A DNA stretch of 24,000 bases, taken from positions 261,397-285,396 of the forward strand of contig NZ_LR699553.1 of NCBI RefSeq assembly GCF_902459535.1. Reading direction: 5' to 3'. Of the stretch, positions 19,441 to 24,000 are shown one piece after another (within the stretch, counting starts at the first letter, position 1; each line of letters opens with the position of its first letter). This DNA is from Paraburkholderia dioscoreae (GTDB lineage: Bacteria > Pseudomonadota > Gammaproteobacteria > Burkholderiales > Burkholderiaceae). Position numbers and translations under genes: made by a program. Below the pieces are notes generated by a model, which did no database searches, was not told where the DNA came from, and saw nothing but the letters and a program-made list of their open reading frames with translations.

Positions 19441-19545
19441 CGCCTCGCACTGCGTGCTCGCCGGAACGGTCCGCTTAAAACACCAGTGGTTCTGCGTGTG
19501 TGGTGGGGGCCGTCGGCTTCGCCTCGGCGTGGCGCCGAAAATGCC

Positions 19546-19725
19546 GTCGCAAGGCGACTAGTGGCTTTAAAACTGGGGATGACGCAAGGCGACTAGCGGC
19601 TTGGGAACTGTGGCCGACGCAAGAGGTGACTGGAAGTTGGAGAACTACGACCGGCGTCAGAGGGTCTGCGATTTGAGAAGCCCACTGGCGTTAGAAACGA
19701 CCAATTGGTTTTAACGAACTACCGC
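19546..19725. repeat. About five degenerate direct tandem repeats of 34-38 bp at the centre of the foldback
   Basis: Unit boundaries by eye are 19546-19580, 19581-19615, 19616-19653, 19654-19687 and 19688-19725. Units 1 and 2 share G(T/A)CGCAAGGCGACTAG(T/C)GGCTT...AACTG. Later units decay progressively but keep GCG...GAC...GAACT landmarks. Confidence 0.6.
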
Positions 19726-19744
19726 GACGGCGCGCGGAGCGCCG

Positions 19745-19995
19745 CCGGAAGAATGACGGCCTTGTCACTGGGGCGGAATGTACGAGAACACAGATTCCAG
19801 ATGCACCACTGGCCCCTCCCAGCCAGGGGGCCCGCTTATGAGCTGGCGGTGTGAAGCCGCTTTCTTTGCTTACTTTCTTTGCGGCATGCAAAGAAAGTAA
19901 GTGCCGCCCCGCACAGGGGCAACGCTAATAGACCACCATGAATGCAAGTAAAGGCCAACACCCAAGGAACACAAACACACAAACACACAAACGCC
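19745..19995. repeat. Right (inverted) copy of the ~240-bp structured repeat
   Basis: It is the reverse complement of 19205-19440 with scattered substitutions. It has a 13-bp-stem hairpin TTACTTTCTTTGC-GGCAT-GCAAAGAAAGTAA (19870-19900) and an extra CTTTCTTTGC copy (19860-19869). An expanded CA-rich 8-bp microrepeat (about 19968-19992) corresponds to a shorter GT-rich tract in the left copy. Confidence 0.85.
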
Positions 19996-20019
19996 GAGCA
20001 GGCCCAAAAACCTTACCCC

Positions 20020-21300
20020 TCACTCCCGACTGGCAACATCCCGCCGCCCATCGGCGCCACCCGAATTCCCCGCTCCATCATCAGCCGTCTGCGAAGACTG
20101 CTCCCCCCAAACAACCGCATTATTCACCGCATACAACCGGCAAGGCGCCGAACTCTGCTTCTGACAATTCGCCACGGCCACCGACATCGGATCATCGCCA
20201 CCTTCAGCCCAGGACCAGGCCCCCGTGTCAGACACGGCAAACGCCCGGCTAGGATACTGATGCAGGAAATTCCGATACCCATTACGCCCAGCTTCATCGA
20301 CGAACGGCACGGAGTCGACCGCATCGACGGCGGCAAACCCGCTCGCCTTCGGCGTGGAAGGATCCGCCACGCGATACTGCACGCCAGTCGGCATGCCCAC
20401 ACGCGCAAGGAAAGCCTCGACAGCCGGCCACCACACGTGCACGCCGTCACGGTCGCCGACCAGCCGGTGCGCGTCGTTCTTGTAGTTACCGAAATCCACC
20501 ATCTTCGTGCTCGCGCCATGCGCCCCATACGCGGCGTACATGCCCGCCACCAGCGGCGCGTTCCAAACCGAATCGTTATCGCCATACATCCACAGCGACG
20601 GCACCCTGGTCTTCTCGCCGTATGCGCCGAATGCGCGCGTCAGGTTGCCCTGCCAGTCGCTGCAGGCATCCTGCCGCAAACCGCCCGAGAAATTGATCAG
20701 CGCCCTCACGCCCGGCGCGGCTTCCGTGCCGTACGCCATCGTCGCCAGGCCGCCGTGTGAGGTGCCGGCCACCACGATGTGGGTAGCGTCCACGTAAGGC
20801 TGCTTCGACATGAAGTCGATCGTTGCGGCAACGTCGCCGGCCTGGCCGATGCCGTTCTTTTCAACGTCGCAACCGTCCTGCTGATAGACGCCGTCCGAGT
20901 GGCCGAAACCCTGGCGGTTCGGCGCAACCACCACGTAACCGCGGCGCACGAACTCGCGTGCGAACGGCAGCGGGTCGCTGCGTTCCTGAGTACGCGGGTC
21001 GCCGGGAATCTTGCCGTGGTTGAAAACGATCATCGGAAACGGGCCTGCGCCGTCCGGCTTGTAGATCGTCGTTTCGAGGGTGACCGTGCCGGCTGCGTCG
21101 ACCGGCACGCGGATGATCTGTTCGTTAAGACCTGCGGTGGGCAGATAGACGTCGTCGTCGAGCGCAATGCGCGGCACGCGCGCGCGGGTCAACGGTCCCG
21201 CCTGGGTGTCGGCGAGCGGGTCGGCGTGCGCGAGCGCAACCGTGCAGGTAGCCGCTGCACAGATCACCGCACACTTCGTCAGAATCTTGCTGAACACCAT
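20020..21300 (-). CDS. Secreted alpha/beta hydrolase (dienelactone-hydrolase/esterase-like) with C-terminal DUF4189-like domain, 426 aa
   Basis: A signal peptide (MVFSKILTKCAVICAAATCTVALAHA-DP) is followed by PMIVFNHG, the nucleophile elbow GTSHGG, and DNDS and DAH candidates for the rest of the triad. The C-terminal ~90 aa (RAFAVSDTGAWSWAEGG...ANCQKQSSAPCRLYAV) resemble the two-Cys DUF4189 pattern. Confidence 0.7.
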   Translation of the reverse strand: MVFSKILTKCAVICAAATCTVALAHADPLADTQAGPLTRARVPRIALDDDVYLPTAGLNEQIIRVPVDAAGTVTLETTIYKPDGAGPFPMIVFNHGKIPGDPRTQERSDPLPFAREFVRRGYVVVAPNRQGFGHSDGVYQQDGCDVEKNGIGQAGDVAATIDFMSKQPYVDATHIVVAGTSHGGLATMAYGTEAAPGVRALINFSGGLRQDACSDWQGNLTRAFGAYGEKTRVPSLWMYGDNDSVWNAPLVAGMYAAYGAHGASTKMVDFGNYKNDAHRLVGDRDGVHVWWPAVEAFLARVGMPTGVQYRVADPSTPKASGFAAVDAVDSVPFVDEAGRNGYRNFLHQYPSRAFAVSDTGAWSWAEGGDDPMSVAVANCQKQSSAPCRLYAVNNAVVWGEQSSQTADDGAGNSGGADGRRDVASRE

Positions 21301-21795
21301 TGACCCACCCGCCTCAAAAACTTGCCCTGAACACCGTCATGCCTGTTTGTCGAAAGTCATTTCTGACATTTGCCTTTCGGTCGGGTTTCGACAAACAAAA
21401 GCACACTCGCGCACGGAGTGCGCCAAAGGCGCACGCACGCTAATCGAGATCGCACGGGATAAACCCAAACGGCCGACGCGACCCCACGCGCCGATGATGA
21501 GCGTCACGCCTGCTGCCTGAAGCCGCCGCCGGACCCACACACTGTCTGGTGCCCGGCAGGGCGCCCTGCGCAATTTGCGGAGTCGGTATGAATCGGCTCT
21601 CGCAACGTGACGTCATGAAGCTACGGCCTCATCCTGGCACGACAATTTTGTTTTGTGCAATCAAGGAGAACCCGCGACGCAAAATTTGCCGCGCGCCGAT
21701 TTGCCGCCTCCGGCCGTTCAATGCGGGGCTCGCGGGTGTTTGGCGCAACGAAGCAATCAGGCGCAGCGCGGGCGTTGTGGCATTGAGCCAACACG

Positions 21796-21822
21796 AAAAA
21801 ATGGCCCCGCTATCAGGGCCAT
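21796..21822 (-). terminator. Rho-independent terminator downstream of ychJ
   Basis: The minus strand reads ATGGCCC-TGATAGCG-GGGCCAT followed by TTTTTT. It lies about 50 nt after the ychJ stop at 21873. Confidence 0.6.
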
Positions 21823-21872
21823 ATGTGAGCGCGGCGTAGGGACGCGCGTCGTCGCGTAAGGGGCGGGAAGGC

Positions 21873-22322
21873 TTATTCGCTGACGTCGCCGTCCACGTAG
21901 CGCCAGCGGCCGTCTTCGCCGCGCACGAAGCGGCTCAGCTCGTGCAGCCGGTGCGCGCGGCCGCCCACCTTGTAACGCGCGACGAATTCGACCGTCGCGT
22001 GATGAGCATCGGTTTCGGTGAACGCCTTGATCTGCAGTCCGAGCCAACGCGGCGCATCGGAGGCTGCCGGGTCCACGTCGAGGTCGGCGGGACAGGTGTG
22101 AGCTGCCCAGGTGGCGCGCAGATAATCCGTTGCACCCACAACATACGCGCTATAGCGCGAACGCATCAGTTCAAGGGCTCGTGGCGCCGCTTCGCCGCCG
22201 TCGATATAGCGGCCGCAGCATTGCGCGAAGCGGGGCGCCCTGGCGCCGCTGCGCTGATCGGGCGCGGCGCCGCCGCAGGGACAATCGGAAGGTCGTTGTA
22301 ACGGCAACAGTTGCTTATTCAT
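21873..22322 (-). CDS. ychJ: YchJ-family (UPF0225) protein with N-terminal SEC-C-like CPCG motif, 149 aa
   Basis: Motifs seen: CPCGG, FAQCCGRY, LMRSRYSAYV, YLRATW, and the C-terminal SRFVRGEDGRWRYVDG, similar to YchJ as I remember it. The track start at 22337 is a TTG. I prefer ATG 22322, which leaves 7 nt after the acyl-CoA dehydrogenase stop. Confidence 0.75.
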   Translation of the reverse strand: MNKQLLPLQRPSDCPCGGAAPDQRSGARAPRFAQCCGRYIDGGEAAPRALELMRSRYSAYVVGATDYLRATWAAHTCPADLDVDPAASDAPRWLGLQIKAFTETDAHHATVEFVARYKVGGRAHRLHELSRFVRGEDGRWRYVDGDVSE

Positions 22323-22329
22323 CAGTCTT

Positions 22330-23460
22330 TCAGCCAAGACCGCGCGCGATCAGGATTTTCTGGATGTCGCTGGTGCCTTCATAGATCTGGCAGACGCGCA
22401 CGTCGCGGTAGATCCGCTCGACCGGGAAGTCGCTCAGATAGCCATAGCCGCCATGAATCTGTAAGGCAGCCGAACAGATGCGCTCGGCGGCTTCGGAGGC
22501 GAACAGCTTGGCCATCGCGGCTTCGGTGAGGCAGGGTTGGCCGGCGTCTTTCAACGAGGCGGCATGCCAGATCAACTGGCGTGCAGCCTCGAGTTGCGTC
22601 GCCATGTCGGCGAGGCGGAATTGTACGGCCTGGTGCGAAAAGAGCGGAACGCCGAAGCTCTCGCGCTCCTTCGCATAGCTCAGCGCGGCTTCGAACGCGG
22701 CGCGCGCCATGCCGACGCTTTGCGCAGCGATACCGATGCGGCCGCCTTCGAGCCCCGACAGCGCGATCCGGTAGCCTTCGCCTTGCGCGCCGATCAGGTT
22801 GGCGGCCGGCACGCGGCAATCCTCGAAAATGATCTGCGCGGTATCCGACGAATGCTGGCCGAGCTTGTCTTCAACTCGCGCGACGACATAACCCTGCGTA
22901 TCGGTGGGCACGATAAACGCGCTGATGCCGCGCTTGCCCGCGGCTTTGTCGGTCACGGCCATGACGATCGCGACATGGCCGTTCTTGCCGCTCGTGATGA
23001 ACTGTTTGACGCCGTTCAGCACGTACGTGTCGCCCTTGCGTGTCGCGGTGGTGCGCAGCGCGGAGGCGTCGGAACCGGCTTGCGGTTCGGTGAGGCAAAA
23101 GGCGCCGAGCATTTCGCCGCGCGCCAGCGGCGTCAGCCAGTCGCGTTTCTGCGCGTCGTTGCCGTAGGTCAGCAGGATGCTGCACACCGGGCAGTTGTTG
23201 ACGGAGATGGCCGTCGACGTGCCGCCGTCGCCGGCTGCGATTTCTTCGAGAATCAGCGCGAGCGCCAGCGCGTCCATGCCGGCGCCGCCGTATGTTTCGG
23301 GCACCAGCACGCCATACGCGCCGAGTTCCGCGAGCTGGCGGTGCACGTCTTTCGGAAACGTGCGTTCGCGGTCCCATGTCGCCGCATGCGGCGTGATTGC
23401 TTCACGGACGAACGTGCGCAGTGCATCGCGCACCATCAGGTGATCCTGATCAAGCACCAT
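22330..23460 (-). CDS. Acyl-CoA dehydrogenase, short/branched-chain (isobutyryl-/butyryl-CoA dehydrogenase-like), 376 aa
   Basis: Motifs seen: FCLTEPQAGSDA, NGVKQFITSG, GEGYRIALSGLEGGRIGIAAQ, and the catalytic-base region RVCQIYEGTSDIQ. An AGGAGA SD lies 7 nt upstream of ATG 23460. Confidence 0.9.
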   Translation of the reverse strand: MVLDQDHLMVRDALRTFVREAITPHAATWDRERTFPKDVHRQLAELGAYGVLVPETYGGAGMDALALALILEEIAAGDGGTSTAISVNNCPVCSILLTYGNDAQKRDWLTPLARGEMLGAFCLTEPQAGSDASALRTTATRKGDTYVLNGVKQFITSGKNGHVAIVMAVTDKAAGKRGISAFIVPTDTQGYVVARVEDKLGQHSSDTAQIIFEDCRVPAANLIGAQGEGYRIALSGLEGGRIGIAAQSVGMARAAFEAALSYAKERESFGVPLFSHQAVQFRLADMATQLEAARQLIWHAASLKDAGQPCLTEAAMAKLFASEAAERICSAALQIHGGYGYLSDFPVERIYRDVRVCQIYEGTSDIQKILIARGLG

Positions 23461-23476
23461 ACGTGTGTCTCCTGTC

Positions 23477-23510
23477 GACCAGAGTTAGCGCTTCAGCGCT
23501 TACTCTGGTC
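23477..23510. promoter_or_regulatory. 34-nt near-perfect palindrome immediately upstream of the acyl-CoA dehydrogenase SD (candidate operator or 5'-UTR hairpin)
   Basis: The sequence is GACCAGAGT-T-AGCGC-TTCA-GCGCT-T-ACTCTGGTC. It forms 9 + 5 paired positions with one T-T mismatch and a 4-nt loop. It ends 17 nt from the ATG, and no T-run follows on either strand. Confidence 0.4.
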
Positions 23511-23579
23511 CCATGCACTCGTTGCAGTCGACCGGAGCCGGCGCTTTACCACCAACTCCGGCCCCATACAAGCCTCTAC

Positions 23580-24000
23580 TCACCAGTCGAGTAACGTACC
23601 GTCGTACTGATAGAAACGCCCGTTGAATGCTTCATGCGCGGCCGCCGCCTGCGCGAGCACTTCGCGCATGCCGGTAACGCTGCGCGCCGGATCGATCGCA
23701 GCCTGCGTGCCGCCCATGTCGGTGCGAACCCACCCTGGATGCAACGAAATGCACACGGCGCGCTTTGCCTCCAGCGACGCGACTTTCAGCGCATCGTTCA
23801 GCGCCGCCTTGCTCGCGCGATACAGCCAGCCGGTCGCGCCGCTCGCGTCGCCGATGCTGCCCATCTTGCTCGAAATCACCGCGAATACGCCGCCGGACTC
23901 TTCGACGAGCGGCAGCAGGATCGGCATCAACTGCATCGGTCCGCGCACATTGGTGTGCATGACGTGGTCGAAGTCTTCGGCGGTGATCGTCTCGATGCCT
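23580..24000 (-). CDS. Short-chain dehydrogenase/reductase (SDR) family protein, C-terminal part (5' end outside window)
   Basis: The frame stays open to the window edge (…GIETITAEDFDHVMHTNVRGP…). The catalytic YRASKAAL (YxxxK) motif and HPGWVRTDMGG are present. The stop is at 23580. Confidence 0.75.
   Translation of the reverse strand, partial: GIETITAEDFDHVMHTNVRGPMQLMPILLPLVEESGGVFAVISSKMGSIGDASGATGWLYRASKAALNDALKVASLEAKRAVCISLHPGWVRTDMGGTQAAIDPARSVTGMREVLAQAAAAHEAFNGRFYQYDGTLLDW

Noticed and set aside
19546-19725. Possible CRISPR array, suggested by direct repeats with a period of about 35 bp.
   Set aside because: The units are contiguous and degenerate, with no interleaved unique spacers. 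There are only about five units, and no cas genes occur anywhere in the window.
19035-20252. Mirror-image outward-facing ORFs starting MNA(R/S)KGQHPRNT at both ends of the foldback (19035-19250 minus; 19938-20252 plus). Also FFAAAKKVG-type ORFs across the hairpins (19152-19478, 19247-19450, 19691-19891).
   Set aside because: Their similarity is explained by the nucleotide inverted repeat. They translate CA-rich or palindromic sequence into Pro/Gln/Thr/His/Arg-rich low-complexity peptides. They have no SD, and the plus-strand one runs antisense into the hydrolase gene.
21549-21859. Small ORFs in the 570-bp intergenic region: 96 aa (+) at 21549-21839, 68 aa (+) at 21653-21859, and 78 aa (-) at 21337-21573.
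   Set aside because: They have no SD at the proposed starts, odd Cys/Arg-rich composition, and no recognisable motif. They also overlap the ychJ terminator hairpin.
1-24000. Mobile-element, prophage, defence-island or secondary-metabolite signatures across the whole window.
   Set aside because: No transposase, integrase, recombinase, tRNA attachment site, restriction/modification, toxin-antitoxin, nuclease/helicase or NRPS/PKS-like translation is visible in any frame. Apart from 7.8-8.0 kb and 19.0-20.0 kb, composition and codon bias look uniform.

Overview
High-GC segment (roughly 63-65% by eye) that reads like core chromosome of a Burkholderiaceae bacterium (Paraburkholderia/Burkholderia type). 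This is a guess from composition and gene content; no search was run. About 22 genes are supportable. They are: a LysR-type regulator tail; the fused isobutyryl-CoA mutase IcmF; a nitronate monooxygenase; a haloacetate-dehalogenase-like hydrolase; a divergent Lrp/AsnC regulator and EamA/DMT transporter pair; a six-gene minus-strand cluster (GhrA, HMG-CoA lyase, YbaK-like deacylase, DUF1289, MaoC dehydratase, MBL hydrolase); an RBBP9/YdeN-type serine hydrolase; the sulfate-binding protein Sbp; the biotin operon bioA-bioF-bioD-bioB; a secreted alpha/beta hydrolase fused to a DUF4189-like domain; YchJ; an acyl-CoA dehydrogenase; and a partial SDR. I see no rRNA or tRNA genes, CRISPR arrays, transposases, integrases, phage genes or recognisable defence or toxin genes. 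I do not find a convincing novel multi-gene system. The most unusual object is non-coding: a roughly 0.8-1 kb imperfect foldback in the bioA/hydrolase intergenic region (about 19.2-20.0 kb). It has two ~240-bp inverted repeat copies with nested hairpins and a core of about five degenerate 34-38-bp tandem repeats. Lesser points are a strong-SD 33-codon upstream ORF coupled by ATGA to ghrA, ATGA-coupled DUF1289/MaoC/MBL genes, low-complexity insertions with a perfect 9-bp x4 in-frame repeat in the IcmF linkers, an orphan terminator after an AT-rich spacer, and several palindromes in 5' regions. All protein calls rest on motifs recognised by eye in the supplied translations. Many long ORFs in the track are alternate-frame artefacts of the high GC content.
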